This document shows positions 49,178 through 60,953 of a DNA stretch of 62,615 bases, one piece after another. The DNA comes from Nitrospirota bacterium (GTDB taxonomy: Bacteria; Nitrospirota; Thermodesulfovibrionia; Thermodesulfovibrionales; SM23-35), in NCBI GenBank assembly GCA_013388435.1, contig JACAFE010000079.1, positions 1 through 62,615 of the forward strand, read 5' to 3'. Made by a program: the position numbers and the translations under genes. Below the pieces are notes generated by a model. The model was not told the origin of the DNA. It was given only the letters and a program-made list of their open reading frames with translations, and made no database searches. Each line of letters begins with the position of its first letter. The stretch's first letter is position 1.

Positions 49178-50707
49178 ATGAACACCGTTAAAAACATTCC
49201 TTATATAAGCCCTGAAGATTTGCCGAAAGTGCCATTTGTGATAAACGGCATTTCTTCGAGATTTATCCGCGAGAATAAAATAGTGCCTCTTGAAATGAAA
49301 AACAACATTCTGAAAGTTGTCATGGCAAATCCGGATGATTCTTCTGTAATAGATGCTTTGAGGGTTGCGACATCTTATGATATTGTTGTTTATACTTCAG
49401 ACAAAAATATTCTTGAAGAATATATTTCCCGTTTCTTTGAACAGGAATCGCAAAATATAAACAGGATCATAGAAGACATTGGAGACAGGAGCATAGAATT
49501 TCTCAGGGATGAAGAAGAAGATATAGGCCATCTGAAAGACCTTGCATCAGAAGCGCCGATAATCCGGCTTGTTAATATGCTTATAACGAGAGCTGTTGAA
49601 AGCAGGGCGAGTGATATTCATATTGAACCTTTTGAAGATGAACTTAAGGTGCGTTATCGCATAGACGGAGTTTTGCATGATATTGAATCAACTCCAAAGA
49701 GACTGCAGGCTGCTATTGTATCGAGAATAAAGATTATGGCAAAACTTAATATAGCAGAGAGAAGGCTGCCACAGGACGGGCGCATAAGGCTTAAAATAGG
49801 CGAGAAAGAGCTTGATTTAAGAGTTTCGACAATTCCGGTGTTATACGGTGAAAGTGTTGTTATGAGACTCCTGCATAAAGAAGGAATTGTTATAGACCTG
49901 AACCTTCTCGGATTTCCTGCCCATACTCTTAGTCTGTTCAACCAGTTAATTCAGAAACCGAATGGAATAATTCTTGTGACAGGACCAACTGGAAGCGGGA
50001 AAACCACCACTCTTTATGGTGCGCTTGACAAAATCAATGCACCTGACAAAAAGATTATAACTGTTGAAGACCCTGTTGAATATCAATTAAAGGGAATAAA
50101 TCAAATTCAGGTAAAACCGCAAATAGGGCTTAATTTTGCAAATACTTTGAGGCATATTGTCAGGCAGGACCCTGATATTATCATGATAGGTGAAATCAGA
50201 GATCTTGAGACAGCGGAAATTGCGATTCAATCAGCCTTAACAGGCCATCTGGTATTTTCAACATTGCATACAAATGATGCACCGAGCGCTATTACAAGGC
50301 TGCTTGATATGGGGGTTGAAAATTTTCTTCTTTCATCTACCATAAGAGGAATACTTGCTCAGAGACTTGTCAGAGTTATCTGCCCTGTATGCAAAGAACC
50401 TGATGAATCCATTGCTGATAAAGAACAATTAAGTCTCTTTGGCATTAACAGCTCAGTTCAGATATATCATGGAAAAGGCTGCGAAAAATGTGCTTTTACA
50501 GGATATTATGGCAGGTCAGGAATATTTGAATTGCTTGTTATTGATGATGACATCCGGAAGCTGATTCTGAAAAATGCTGATTCAAATCAAATAAGAGACG
50601 CTGCAAGAAAAAATGGCATGAAAACTCTTCTTGAAGACGGCGGAGACAAAATCAAAGCAGGCGTTACAACCATCAGCGAAGTTCTTAGAGTTACACAGGA
50701 AGCCTGA
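49178..50707 (+). CDS. gspE: Type II secretion/type IV pilus assembly ATPase (GspE/PilB family)
   Basis: ASDIHIEP, RLPQDGR, GPTGSGKTT, EDPVE, GEIRD, STLHTN, CxxC..CxxC. Confidence 0.9.
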   Translation: MNTVKNIPYISPEDLPKVPFVINGISSRFIRENKIVPLEMKNNILKVVMANPDDSSVIDALRVATSYDIVVYTSDKNILEEYISRFFEQESQNINRIIEDIGDRSIEFLRDEEEDIGHLKDLASEAPIIRLVNMLITRAVESRASDIHIEPFEDELKVRYRIDGVLHDIESTPKRLQAAIVSRIKIMAKLNIAERRLPQDGRIRLKIGEKELDLRVSTIPVLYGESVVMRLLHKEGIVIDLNLLGFPAHTLSLFNQLIQKPNGIILVTGPTGSGKTTTLYGALDKINAPDKKIITVEDPVEYQLKGINQIQVKPQIGLNFANTLRHIVRQDPDIIMIGEIRDLETAEIAIQSALTGHLVFSTLHTNDAPSAITRLLDMGVENFLLSSTIRGILAQRLVRVICPVCKEPDESIADKEQLSLFGINSSVQIYHGKGCEKCAFTGYYGRSGIFELLVIDDDIRKLILKNADSNQIRDAARKNGMKTLLEDGGDKIKAGVTTISEVLRVTQEA

Positions 50708-50718
50708 AAAAGCTGTTA

Positions 50719-52851
50719 TTATCTGGATTGAACAATATCAAGAATTATCTCTTTCTCTTCCATATCAACTCTGTCTATTCTTACTTTGATTTCCTTCCCT
50801 ATCGTAAAAGTGCGTTTAGTATGCCTACCATAAAGAGTCATATTGTGCTCATTATAGTGGTAAAAATCATCTGTCATATAAGAGACATGAAGAAATCCTT
50901 CCACAAAAAAATCTTTTAGTCTCGCTCTCAGTCCGTAAGGTGTTATACCTGTAACTTTTGCATCAAATTCATCTCCAACCTTGTCTTTCATAAACCAGAC
51001 TCTCATTGCGTCCAGTACTTTACGTTCTGCTTTATCGGCAAGCCTTTCAGTGTAAGAAGAACTAAAAGCAATGTCAGGCAATATGCTATCTAACTCCTTA
51101 ATTCTCCTGTCCGAAAGATTTTTTTTGTATAAAACTTCTCTAAGAATTCTGTGCACCACAAGATCAGGATACCTTCTAATAGGAGAAGTAAAATGAGTGT
51201 AACATTCCGAGGCAAGTCCAAAATGTCCTACATTTTGATTTGAATAGCGCGCCTGTTTCAAACTCTTTAAAATTATTGAATGGATAATCTCTTCTTCGGG
51301 TCTTCCTTTTATTTTCTTGAGAATTCCGGAAATTTCAGAAGGTTTGATTATTTTAGTTTTATTTCTGTTTTGCCCTGATCTTTTTGAAGGAATTATTGCT
51401 TGAAGTAGTTTTGCGAGATTTTCCATTTTTACGGAGTCAGGTTCTTCATGAACTCTGTAAAGAGAAGGGATACCGAGTTTTTCAAGGTATGAGGCAACTG
51501 CCTCATTTGCGGAAATCATAAATTCTTCAATCAACATATGCGCTAAATTTCTTTCAGCAGTTAGAATAGTTTCAGGTCTTCCTGTTACGTCAAGAACAAT
51601 TTCAGGTTCTGGTAGGTCAAAATCAAGACTGCCTCTATTTAATCTTTTATTTCTCAGAAGACCGCATAATTCACTCATGAGTTCAATATCTTGAAGCAGA
51701 TAATCATATTTTTTGCGTTCTGTTGAATCATTATCAACCAGTATTTTTCTTACCGATGTATAAGTCATTCTTTCATTACTTTTTATTAAACTCGGATAAA
51801 AACTCGAAGATATAAGAGCTCCGTTTCTTTCGAAATCCATTTCCACAGTGAATGAAAACCTTTCAACATCTGGTTTCAGACTGCAAAGGTCTTCAGAGAG
51901 TTCTTTCGGAAGCATTGGAATTACTCTGTCGGGGAAATAAACACTCGTGCCCCTCTTGCGGGCTTCCAGATCTAAGGATGAGTTTTCTTTTATAAAATAT
52001 CCGACATCTGCAATGTGAACAAACAAAGTATAACCATATGGACTTAATTTAATAGAAACAGCATCATCAAAATCCTTTGCTCTTTCTCCATCAATGGTGA
52101 TTGTGTTAAGACTGCGAAGATCTTTTCTTCTTAATTGCTGAGGCAGATTGTCAGGAATTTTTTGATAAAGGAATTTTGCCTCTTCCTTAACAGCAGGAGG
52201 GAATCGTGATGGCAGATTAAATTCTTCTATGATCGCTTCAATCTCTGATAACGGATCTTCTGGCTTACTGAGAATTTTAACTATTTTACCAGAAGCGGGT
52301 TTTCTATTTTCAGGATGGCTTACAATTTCTGCAATTACAGTATCACCATTGCGTGCTCCTGCCCGATCTTTAGGAGGAATGATAAGGTCAAAGTTAATAG
52401 CCCTGTCTTTTGGTTTTACAAAAAAGCCGGTTTTTGAAGTTATGAATTTGCCTGAAATTCTTTGATGAACCCTGTGTAGAATTCTTATAATTCTTCCTTC
52501 TCTTTTTTGCCAGTTTTCTACTCTTACAAGTACTCTATCATTATTCATTGCACCGGCATTTGCCCATGAAGGAATGAAAATATCTCTTTCACCGGGTTTA
52601 TCCATTATCACAAAACCATATCCATCTTTATGGGCTTCATAAAAGCCGCTCACAAGATTCATATCTTCAGCAGGACCATATAATCCTTTTCTCGTCAGAA
52701 CTATTTCGCCCTGTTTTACCAGATTTCTTAGAGCTTTCTTGAGAGCGCGTGCTTCTTTATGGTTTAATCCTAAGAGGATTACAATTTCCTTGAAATTAAC
52801 AGGTTTCTTTATCTTTTCTCTGAAAAAACTCAGAATAGTTTCGTTGTCCAT
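50719..52851 (-). CDS. rnr: Ribonuclease R
   Basis: GYGF cold-shock domain, TIDGERAKDFDDA, HIADV, HFTSPIRRYPDL, C-terminal S1; ATG 52851. Confidence 0.96.
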   Translation of the reverse strand: MDNETILSFFREKIKKPVNFKEIVILLGLNHKEARALKKALRNLVKQGEIVLTRKGLYGPAEDMNLVSGFYEAHKDGYGFVIMDKPGERDIFIPSWANAGAMNNDRVLVRVENWQKREGRIIRILHRVHQRISGKFITSKTGFFVKPKDRAINFDLIIPPKDRAGARNGDTVIAEIVSHPENRKPASGKIVKILSKPEDPLSEIEAIIEEFNLPSRFPPAVKEEAKFLYQKIPDNLPQQLRRKDLRSLNTITIDGERAKDFDDAVSIKLSPYGYTLFVHIADVGYFIKENSSLDLEARKRGTSVYFPDRVIPMLPKELSEDLCSLKPDVERFSFTVEMDFERNGALISSSFYPSLIKSNERMTYTSVRKILVDNDSTERKKYDYLLQDIELMSELCGLLRNKRLNRGSLDFDLPEPEIVLDVTGRPETILTAERNLAHMLIEEFMISANEAVASYLEKLGIPSLYRVHEEPDSVKMENLAKLLQAIIPSKRSGQNRNKTKIIKPSEISGILKKIKGRPEEEIIHSIILKSLKQARYSNQNVGHFGLASECYTHFTSPIRRYPDLVVHRILREVLYKKNLSDRRIKELDSILPDIAFSSSYTERLADKAERKVLDAMRVWFMKDKVGDEFDAKVTGITPYGLRARLKDFFVEGFLHVSYMTDDFYHYNEHNMTLYGRHTKRTFTIGKEIKVRIDRVDMEEKEIILDIVQSR

Positions 52852-52987
52852 ATTAATTGTAAGTTTCGGCAAGAATAAGATTAGAAGCAAAAATAGATTT
52901 CTTTATAGCTTCAATTGTTTCAGGCATAATTGCCTCCTTGATATTTCTATTTTATCACAAGCTGCAGGATATATCTTAATGTATAAA

Positions 52988-53017
52988 TTGACAAAGATTT
53001 CATGTGTATTTTACAGT
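52988..53017 (+). promoter_or_regulatory. Putative sigma70 promoter of tig-clpP-clpX
   Basis: TTGACA, 18-nt spacer, TACAGT. Confidence 0.4.
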
Positions 53018-53106
53018 AAATAGATAACTTACCTTAGCTTATTTTTAAATATATGCCTTGAGATTATATAAAATGTGTATCAAAAATATTTAAGGAGGAC
53101 AAGAAT

Positions 53107-54462
53107 TTGCTTAAATCAATAGAAGATATAAGCCCGACAAAAAAGCGTATCAGCATAGAAATCCCTGTAGAAATAATAGAGAAAGAATTTAATTCTTCTC
53201 TTGAAATTTTAAGAAACAGGGTAAAAATTCCTGGTTTCAGGCCGGGCAAGGCTCCTGTTAATCTTATTGAAAAAAGGTTTGGTAAAGAAATAGAGGCAGA
53301 AGTTTTAGATAAATTAATTCCTGAACATTATAATATGGCTTTAAGGGAAGCTGATTTGCAGCCTGTTTCAATGCCTGAAATGCAGGAAAAATTTGAATTT
53401 AAAAGGCATAATCCTATTAACATGACTTTTGTAATCGAAGTTCTTCCAAAAATAGAAAATTTGAATTATGAAAATATCAAAGTTGAAGATATTCCTGTAA
53501 CAGTGGAAGATTCTGATGTTGATTCAATGCTCAAGCAATTGCAGGAACAGAAGGCTGTGCTTGAAGTTTCAGAAGAACCTGTCTCTATGGATGACCTTAT
53601 AAGTTTTGAACTCGCAGATTCTAAACTCGAAGGTGATGAAGAAGTTCCGGAACTAAAGGAAGCTCTCGAAACAATGGGAAACGAAATTTTTCCTCCTGAC
53701 ATTATGGAAAGAGCTCTGGGCAAAAAGAAAGATGACATTATTGAATTTACAAGAACATTCGAAGATAATTTTAAATATGAAAAATTAAGAGGCAAAACAG
53801 CGACAATAAGACTTGTATTGAAAGAAATAAAGAAAAAATCTCTGCCGTCTATCGATGATGAATTTGCCAAAGATCTTGGTTATAATGACATGAATGAGTT
53901 AAGAGAAAAGTTAAAGGAAAGAATTCATAGTTTTAAAAAACAACAGATTCAGAGAATACAAAAGGCTTCAATTATAAATAACCTGATTGAGTCAATAAAT
54001 CCTCCTGCCCCTGAATCTTTAGTCAACAGGGAGATAGAGGCACTAATAATGCAGAAGAGTGTATCAGAAGAAGAGCCCGCTGTTGAGACTGATTCAGTAA
54101 AGGAAGTTCTTGATATTGCTGCCGAAAAAAAACCTGAGGAGAATCCAATTAAACAGCAGAAAGCTATTAAGGAAGCAGAAGATGAAGAATTAAAACGCAG
54201 AGAAAAAGCAATTAAGAATGTCCAGGCTTCTATGATTATTGATGCCATAGGCAAAAAAGAAGCTATTTTTGTAACTGATGACGAAGTTGACAGGCGCATA
54301 GAATTGATTGCCAGGAGTTTGTCAGCTACTCCAGAAGCTCTGAGGAGTTTTTATATGTATAAAGAAGGTTCACTGGATAGTCTGAAACACTCGATATTCC
54401 AGGAAAAAGTACTCGATTTTCTTTTATCAAAAGCATCTATTGAGGCAAAGGAGAATAAATGA
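53107..54462 (+). CDS. tig: Trigger factor
   Basis: GFRPGKAP signature and DDEFAKD; upstream of clpP. Confidence 0.93.
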   Translation: MLKSIEDISPTKKRISIEIPVEIIEKEFNSSLEILRNRVKIPGFRPGKAPVNLIEKRFGKEIEAEVLDKLIPEHYNMALREADLQPVSMPEMQEKFEFKRHNPINMTFVIEVLPKIENLNYENIKVEDIPVTVEDSDVDSMLKQLQEQKAVLEVSEEPVSMDDLISFELADSKLEGDEEVPELKEALETMGNEIFPPDIMERALGKKKDDIIEFTRTFEDNFKYEKLRGKTATIRLVLKEIKKKSLPSIDDEFAKDLGYNDMNELREKLKERIHSFKKQQIQRIQKASIINNLIESINPPAPESLVNREIEALIMQKSVSEEEPAVETDSVKEVLDIAAEKKPEENPIKQQKAIKEAEDEELKRREKAIKNVQASMIIDAIGKKEAIFVTDDEVDRRIELIARSLSATPEALRSFYMYKEGSLDSLKHSIFQEKVLDFLLSKASIEAKENK

Positions 54463-55061
54463 GCATCATACCTATTGTTATAGAACAAACAGGACGCTCT
54501 GAAAGAGCCTATGATATTTATTCAAGGCTGCTGAAAGACAGGATTATTTTTATCGGAAGTGGCATTGATGATAATGTGGCTAATATTGTTATTGCGCAAC
54601 TATTGTTTTTACAGACTGAAGACCCTGAAAAAGATATTCATCTTTATATTAATTCACCGGGAGGCATCGTATCCTCTGGTCTTGCAATTTATGACACCAT
54701 GCAATATGTCAAACCAGATATAGCAACTTACTGTATTGGTCAGGCTATGAGCATGGGAGCTTTACTTCTTTCTGCAGGAACCAAAGGCAAGAGATACGCA
54801 TTGCCGCATTCAAGAATTATGATACATCAGCTTATGGGAGGATTTCAGGGACAGGCAACCGATATAGAAATACATGCCCGTGAAATTCTTAAGATGAAGG
54901 ATGCCTTAAATAAAATACTTTCAATTCACACAGGACAATCCATCGAAAAAATACAGATAGATACTGATAGGGATTTCTTCATGTCCGGACAGGAAGCAAA
55001 AGAATATGGAATAGTCGATGAAGTAATTTCAAGCATAAAAGACAGGAGGCCAAATGGCTAA
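54459..55061 (+). CDS. clpP: Clp protease proteolytic subunit
   Basis: [29 protein letters not shown]. Confidence 0.99.
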   Translation: MSIIPIVIEQTGRSERAYDIYSRLLKDRIIFIGSGIDDNVANIVIAQLLFLQTEDPEKDIHLYINSPGGIVSSGLAIYDTMQYVKPDIATYCIGQAMSMGALLLSAGTKGKRYALPHSRIMIHQLMGGFQGQATDIEIHAREILKMKDALNKILSIHTGQSIEKIQIDTDRDFFMSGQEAKEYGIVDEVISSIKDRRPNG

Positions 55062-56295
55062 AAAGGATGAGACCAGCCTTAAATGTTCCTTTTGCGGTAA
55101 AGGACATGCTGAAGTAAAAAAACTAATAGCCGGCCCTTCTGTATATATTTGCAATGAGTGTGTTGAACTATGCAATGAAATAATAGCTGATTCAATTCAA
55201 GATGAAATAAAGAGATCAACCTATTCAAATCTTCCTTCGCCGAAAGAGATACATAAATTCCTCAATGATTATGTCGTCGGACAGGAAAGAGCCAAGAAAA
55301 TATTATCAGTTGCGGTTCATAATCATTATAAGAGGATTAATAACCCTCCGGGTTCTGATATTGAATTACAGAAAAGCAATATCTTACTTTTAGGTCCTAC
55401 GGGCACTGGCAAGACATTATTTGCACAGACTCTCGCAAGAATTCTTGATGTTCCTTTTGCGATTGCGGATGCAACAACTCTGACTGAAGCAGGTTATGTG
55501 GGAGAAGATGTTGAAAATATTATTCTTAAGTTATTGCAGGCATCTGAATATGATGTAGAACGTGCTCAGAGAGGAATAATATATATTGATGAAATAGACA
55601 AAATAAGCAGGAAATCAGATAATCCCTCTATAACAAGAGATGTATCCGGAGAGGGTGTTCAGCAGGCTTTGCTTAAATTAATTGAAGGAACAATAGCAAA
55701 TATACCACCTCAGGGTGGCAGAAAACATCCCCAGCAGGAATACATTCAGGTTAATACTACAAATATTCTTTTTATATGTGGCGGTGCATTTGTGGGACTT
55801 GATGAAATAATAGAAAAACGCATAGGTCAGCGAACTGTGGGATTTGTTTCTGAAACAGTTATGAGAAAAGACAGAAAGATTGGAGAGATGCTCAGTCTTG
55901 TTGAACCAGAAGACCTTATTAAATATGGCATGATACCCGAATTTGTCGGCAGAATGCCTGTGGTTGCAGCACTCGATGAATTAGATGAGACTGCTTTAAT
56001 AAAAATATTGACCGAGCCCAAGAATGCTCTAATCAAACAATACCAGAAACTCTTATCATTCGAGAACGTAAAGCTGAAGTTTACTGAAGGAGCTCTGACA
56101 GCTATCGCTAAAAAAGCAATTCAACGTAAAACAGGTGCACGCGGACTCAGATCCATTCTCGAAGATATTATGCTTGATGTTATGTATGATATTCCGTCCC
56201 AAAAAGGTGTCAGAGAATGTCTTGTAACAGAGGAAACAATAAATAGAAAAGAAATGCCTTTATTGATATATGAAAAAAAAGCAGAATCAGCCTGA
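55054..56295 (+). CDS. clpX: Clp protease ATPase subunit ClpX
   Basis: CSFCGK Zn finger, [22 protein letters not shown] loop, GARGLR. Confidence 0.99.
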   Translation: MAKKDETSLKCSFCGKGHAEVKKLIAGPSVYICNECVELCNEIIADSIQDEIKRSTYSNLPSPKEIHKFLNDYVVGQERAKKILSVAVHNHYKRINNPPGSDIELQKSNILLLGPTGTGKTLFAQTLARILDVPFAIADATTLTEAGYVGEDVENIILKLLQASEYDVERAQRGIIYIDEIDKISRKSDNPSITRDVSGEGVQQALLKLIEGTIANIPPQGGRKHPQQEYIQVNTTNILFICGGAFVGLDEIIEKRIGQRTVGFVSETVMRKDRKIGEMLSLVEPEDLIKYGMIPEFVGRMPVVAALDELDETALIKILTEPKNALIKQYQKLLSFENVKLKFTEGALTAIAKKAIQRKTGARGLRSILEDIMLDVMYDIPSQKGVRECLVTEETINRKEMPLLIYEKKAESA

Positions 56296-56311
56296 GTTAT
56301 ATACTGAATGA

Positions 56312-56761
56312 CTATATACGTGTTTTACCAGATGAAACAGCCTTTTCAATTGCTGTTCTGATTTTTTCTCTTAATTCTTTTTCTGTTATCTGGCTTATGG
56401 TATTTTCGATATAGATTATTTCTTCATCCGAAAGTTTTTTATTTTCTTTTTTGAATATTTTTGAATTTTTGTTGTATGTTGTAGCCTGAACTCTTCCTAT
56501 CCTGAATCGTATTGATTTAACACCGTAAGAATCGAGTTTAGAGATAATTTCATTCCTGAAAAATTTAAGTTCCTGCATCCACGCAGGCGAATCAACATTG
56601 ATTAGGAGTTCACCTTCTGAAAAGTTTAATGGATAAATATGTGATACTAATGGAGGGTGGAAAATATTGTACCAGTTTTTTTTTAATCTGGAAAGCCTTG
56701 CACCATCTTCTAAATCAAAGTTTTTTATCAGAGGTGCAAGGAGAATGTCCAGACGTTTCAC
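56312..56761 (-). CDS. dciA: DUF721/DciA family replicative helicase loader
   Basis: W..I...L..H.......L.I.VDSPAWMQEL......I..KL.......IRFRIG pattern. Confidence 0.75.
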   Translation of the reverse strand: MKRLDILLAPLIKNFDLEDGARLSRLKKNWYNIFHPPLVSHIYPLNFSEGELLINVDSPAWMQELKFFRNEIISKLDSYGVKSIRFRIGRVQATTYNKNSKIFKKENKKLSDEEIIYIENTISQITEKELREKIRTAIEKAVSSGKTRI

Positions 56762-56949
56762 TATAGTGCTTTTTTTACTGAACCTGAACGGAGACAGCGG
56801 GTGCAGACATAAACTTTCTTTGAGCCTGTTTCTGTAACAATGCGCAATCTCTGCAAGTTCGGCGTTAAAATTCTTTTGGTTTTATTGTTTGCGTGACTGA
56901 CATTATTACCGATAATTCTTTTCTTTCCGCATACAGAACAAATTGCCAT
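56761..56949 (-). CDS. rpmB: 50S ribosomal protein L28 (zinc-ribbon form)
   Basis: CSVCGK..GNNVSHA...KR...PNLQ...CTRC; ATG 56949 after AAGGAGG. Confidence 0.97.
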   Translation of the reverse strand: MAICSVCGKKRIIGNNVSHANNKTKRILTPNLQRLRIVTETGSKKVYVCTRCLRSGSVKKAL

Positions 56950-57092
56950 ATTTTGAAATTCCTCCTTTAATAATTGCATTCAGTAGGTCTATTATGATAA
57001 CATGTTAAAACCAATGTTACAAGAGTAGTTTTGCGGGATGGTGACCTCTTTTTTGTCCCGTCAAATTAAAATAAATTAATGGATTGATTAAA

Positions 57093-59525
57093 ATGCAGAA
57101 AATTAGAATATATGAGCTTGCAAGAAAATTAGGTGTTCCTAATAAAATTATAATCGTGGAACTTGCCAATCTCGGCATAGAAGGCAAGACCCATTCATCA
57201 AATATCGAACCAGATCTTGCGTCCAGAGTTGAACAAATAATAAGAAGAAAACGCGGGGAAACAGTTCTTGAAATTGTTCCTCAAGCTGAAACAAAAGAGA
57301 CAAAAGAAAAGGAAGTAGCGCCTCCTGTTGAAAAACCTGTTTCTGAAAAGAAAAAGGAAGCAAAACCACATATTCCCGAAGCAGAAAAAGCAATAGCAGT
57401 TGAGGAGACTAAAAAAGAAGAGAAGAAAAAACCTGAAATCGTCAGGCCAGAGCCAGAAACAACAAAGATTGAGAAAGCAAAACACGAGAAACATGAACAT
57501 ATAGCCAAGGAAGTAAAAGTTCATGAAATCAAAAAACCTGTCATACCCGAAGAAGAAGAAGAAACAAAAATCCCGGACAGATTTAAAAAAGAGATCGAAG
57601 TAGAAAAAATAGAAAAATTCAAGACAAAACCCGGGATGCAAAGAGCATTTCAGACTATCAGAAAAATAGAACCAAAAAAATGGCATGATCAGAGAATCGC
57701 CAGGCGCCCCGGAAAATTCAGACAGATGCCTGTTGAAGAGAAAAAAATACAGCCACCCCCTGTTATTCACAGGAAGAAAACCATTAAACTGCAGGAAGGT
57801 ACTACAGTTAAGGAATTTGCAGAGCTTATAAGTGTTAAGCTATCCGATGTTATAAAGAAATTTATGGAACTCGGCTACATGCCCACAATTAATCAGCCTG
57901 TGGATACAGATGCAGCTTTACTTATAGCCGATAGCTTTGGTGTAAAATTGGAACTCGCGGCTGTCGAAGAAGATGTTCTTGAGCAGGAAGTTCAGGAAGA
58001 AGCAAGTAACTTGATTCAGCGACCTCCGGTTGTAACTATCATGGGTCATGTTGATCATGGCAAAACATCACTTCTTGACGCTATCAGAGAGACAAAGGTT
58101 ACAGAATCAGAAGCAGGCGGGATTACCCAGCATATTGGTGCTTACAAGGTTAATCTTGGAGGAAAGGATATTGTATTTCTTGATACACCGGGGCATGAGG
58201 CATTTACTTCAATGAGAGCAAGGGGAGCAAGGGTTACAGATATTGTGGTTCTTGTTGTGGCTGCAGATGATGGTGTAATGCCGCAAACAGTAGAGGCAAT
58301 TAATCATGCCAAGGCTGCAAATGTACCTATTGTTGTTGCGATTAATAAAATTGACAAACCAGAAGCTAATATATCGAAGGTTAAAAATGAACTTGCAGAA
58401 CATGGAATAATTTCAGAGGAATGGGGAGGCCAGAATATTTTTGTTGAAGTTTCTGCGAAAAAAAGAATCGGGATAGAAAAGCTTCTCGAGATGATACTAC
58501 TTCAGGCTGAAATAATGGAATTAAAAGCCAATCCTGACAGACAGGCAAGAGGCACAATTATAGAAGCAAAACTTGACAGGGGCAGAGGACCTGTTGCTAC
58601 AGTTCTTGTACAATCAGGAACTTTAAGGGTTGGAGATGCTTTTCTTGCAGGGGTTCATTCGGGTAAAGTCAGGGCATTAATAGATGACACAGGAAGAAGA
58701 ATAGATGAAGCAGGACCCTCTACGCCGGTTGAAGTAATCGGTTTTTCGGAAGTTCCTTCATCAGGAGATATTTTTACTGTAGTGGATGATGAAAAAAGGG
58801 CGAGACAGATAGCTCTTGCAAGACAACAAAAACAAAAACTTGCAGAGATTGCAAAGGCAAAGAAACTGACTCTTGATGAAGTATATGCAAAGATTAAAGA
58901 AGGTGAGATTAAGGAATTAAACATAATAATCAAAGGTGATGTGCAGGGTTCGGTTGAAGCGATAAAAGATGCTTTTGAGAATATCACACATCCGCAGGTA
59001 AAAGTTAAGGTTATACATACATCTGTTGGTGGTATAAATGAATCAGATGTAATGCTTGCTACAGCATCAAGCGCTATAATAATAGGGTTTAATGTAAGAC
59101 CGGAAATCAAAGCCTCTCAAATTGCTGAAAAAGAAGGAGTTGATATAAGGCTTTACAATGTTATATATGAAGCTATTGAGGATGTTAAAAAAGCTCTTGA
59201 AGGTCTTCTTGAACCCACGCTTAAGGAAAAGATTCTTGGCAGGGCAGAAGTCAGACAGATATTCCCCATATCCAGAATCGGTACTGTTGCAGGATGTTAT
59301 GTTCTTGATGGTACTATAAGCAGGGCAAGTGACGGTGTAAGAATAATAAGAGATAATATTGTTGTTTATGAAGGTAAAATAGGTTCTTTAAAAAGAATCA
59401 AAGAAGATGTCAGAGAAGTACAAAGCGGTTATGAATGCGGCATTTTAATAGAGAATTTTAATGACATTAAAGTTGGGGATATAATAGAAAATTACATCAT
59501 AGAAAAAATCGCTGCAAAACTTTAA
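57093..59525 (+). CDS. infB: Translation initiation factor IF-2 (TTG 57084 is an alternative start)
   Basis: [34 protein letters not shown]. Confidence 0.99.
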   Translation: MQKIRIYELARKLGVPNKIIIVELANLGIEGKTHSSNIEPDLASRVEQIIRRKRGETVLEIVPQAETKETKEKEVAPPVEKPVSEKKKEAKPHIPEAEKAIAVEETKKEEKKKPEIVRPEPETTKIEKAKHEKHEHIAKEVKVHEIKKPVIPEEEEETKIPDRFKKEIEVEKIEKFKTKPGMQRAFQTIRKIEPKKWHDQRIARRPGKFRQMPVEEKKIQPPPVIHRKKTIKLQEGTTVKEFAELISVKLSDVIKKFMELGYMPTINQPVDTDAALLIADSFGVKLELAAVEEDVLEQEVQEEASNLIQRPPVVTIMGHVDHGKTSLLDAIRETKVTESEAGGITQHIGAYKVNLGGKDIVFLDTPGHEAFTSMRARGARVTDIVVLVVAADDGVMPQTVEAINHAKAANVPIVVAINKIDKPEANISKVKNELAEHGIISEEWGGQNIFVEVSAKKRIGIEKLLEMILLQAEIMELKANPDRQARGTIIEAKLDRGRGPVATVLVQSGTLRVGDAFLAGVHSGKVRALIDDTGRRIDEAGPSTPVEVIGFSEVPSSGDIFTVVDDEKRARQIALARQQKQKLAEIAKAKKLTLDEVYAKIKEGEIKELNIIIKGDVQGSVEAIKDAFENITHPQVKVKVIHTSVGGINESDVMLATASSAIIIGFNVRPEIKASQIAEKEGVDIRLYNVIYEAIEDVKKALEGLLEPTLKEKILGRAEVRQIFPISRIGTVAGCYVLDGTISRASDGVRIIRDNIVVYEGKIGSLKRIKEDVREVQSGYECGILIENFNDIKVGDIIENYIIEKIAAKL

Positions 59526-59630
59526 ATTTAAATCTTCTGACAGATAAAAGAATTCAAACATGAAAATTCATTCCTTAATTCTGGCACATCAGAAATATTT
59601 AATAATCCATAAAATTAGAAAGAGGTAAAA

Positions 59631-59990
59631 ATGCTTCCATATAAACGTTCAAAAAGAGTAGGGGATCTTCTCAGAGAACAGATTGCAGAGATAATCCAGT
59701 ATAAACTCAAAGATCCAAGGATGGGTTTTATTACTGTTACAGGAGTTGATATGACTGATGATCTCAAGCTCGCATTTGTATATGTAAGTGTTTTAAAAGA
59801 AGAAGATAAACAGCTTTCTCTTGAGATACTCAATTCAGCCAAAAGCTTTATCAGAACAGAACTCGGTAGAAGGATTAGAATAAAAACTATACCTAGTCTG
59901 GAATTCAGGATAGACACATCTATAGCTTACGGAAGCAGGATAGAGGAACTTCTTGAGGAAATAAGGAGGAAGGGTGAGGGTTCCATCTGA
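59631..59990 (+). CDS. rbfA: Ribosome-binding factor A
   Basis: KDPR, VTGV..TDDL..A.VY, PSLEF..D.S. Confidence 0.96.
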   Translation: MLPYKRSKRVGDLLREQIAEIIQYKLKDPRMGFITVTGVDMTDDLKLAFVYVSVLKEEDKQLSLEILNSAKSFIRTELGRRIRIKTIPSLEFRIDTSIAYGSRIEELLEEIRRKGEGSI

Positions 59991-60927
59991 CCTTTTGTCA
60001 TTTATAAAACAGGAAGATAATTTTTTAATCGCAACACATATTAATCCAGATGGAGACGCTCTCGGTTCAGCGCTCGCACTTATGTTCGCCCTTGAATCAA
60101 CAGGCAAAAAAGTTATGGTTTTTGACCGTGACAAAGTTCCTGATTTTTACCGATTTCTTCCCGGGCAGGAAAGAATTATACACCTTCTAAATAAATCAGA
60201 AGTTAATTCCAAAAATATCATTCTTGTTGATTGCAACAATCTTGAAAGAACGGGTCTTGATAATTTTATATTTAGAAAAACATGTGTAATTGACCATCAT
60301 GAAACAGAGAAAAACTTTGGTGAGATAAAATGGATAGCGCCTGAAATTGCTGCTACTGGCATATTGATTTATCATCTTCTAAAACATTTAGAAATTAAAA
60401 TAACACCTGAAATTGCAACAAATCTTTATACAGCAATAGTAATAGATACAGGTGCGTTCAGATATGCAAATACAAATGCTGATGTTTTACGCATAAGCGC
60501 TCAATTGGTGGATGCCGGAGCAAACCCTGCTTATATTTCCAGCAATCTTTATGAAATGTGGTCGGATGGAAGGTTTAGACTCCTGATAAAAGTTTTAAAT
60601 ACACTCGAAATCCGGGATAAAATAGCTTTAGTCTTTGTCACAGAAAAAATGTTCGAGGAAACCGGAACATCGCATGACGATACAGAAAATTTTGCGAACT
60701 TTCCCAGAATGATGGCAAATATAAAAGTCTCAATTCTTTTAAGGCAACTCGATAATGAAACATGGAAAATAAGCCTTCGTTCCAAGGGCGATGTAAATGT
60801 AGCAAAGGTTGCATCTTTATTTGATGGCGGCGGACATAAAAACGCAGCGGGTTGCAGGATAAAAGGCTCAATTGATGATGTCAAGAATAAATTAGTGGAG
60901 ACACTTTACAGGACTTTAGAAATTTAA
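59974..60927 (+). CDS. nrnA: DHH/DHHA1 nanoRNase (oligoribonuclease/pAp phosphatase)
   Basis: HINPDGDALGS, DHH, DTG.F, SLRS, GGGHKNAAG. Confidence 0.92.
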   Translation: MRVPSDLLSFIKQEDNFLIATHINPDGDALGSALALMFALESTGKKVMVFDRDKVPDFYRFLPGQERIIHLLNKSEVNSKNIILVDCNNLERTGLDNFIFRKTCVIDHHETEKNFGEIKWIAPEIAATGILIYHLLKHLEIKITPEIATNLYTAIVIDTGAFRYANTNADVLRISAQLVDAGANPAYISSNLYEMWSDGRFRLLIKVLNTLEIRDKIALVFVTEKMFEETGTSHDDTENFANFPRMMANIKVSILLRQLDNETWKISLRSKGDVNVAKVASLFDGGGHKNAAGCRIKGSIDDVKNKLVETLYRTLEI

Positions 60928-60953
60928 ACCGAAAAATGCTGTTAGAATATGTA

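Noticed and set aside
57270-57780. Low-complexity A-rich region and 190-aa antisense ORF within infB
   Set aside because: This is the ordinary Glu/Lys-rich IF-2 N-terminal linker; the antisense ORF is its Phe-rich mirror
59582-59600. TGGCAC as a sigma54 -24 box before rbfA
   Set aside because: There is no TTGC -12 element at the required spacing
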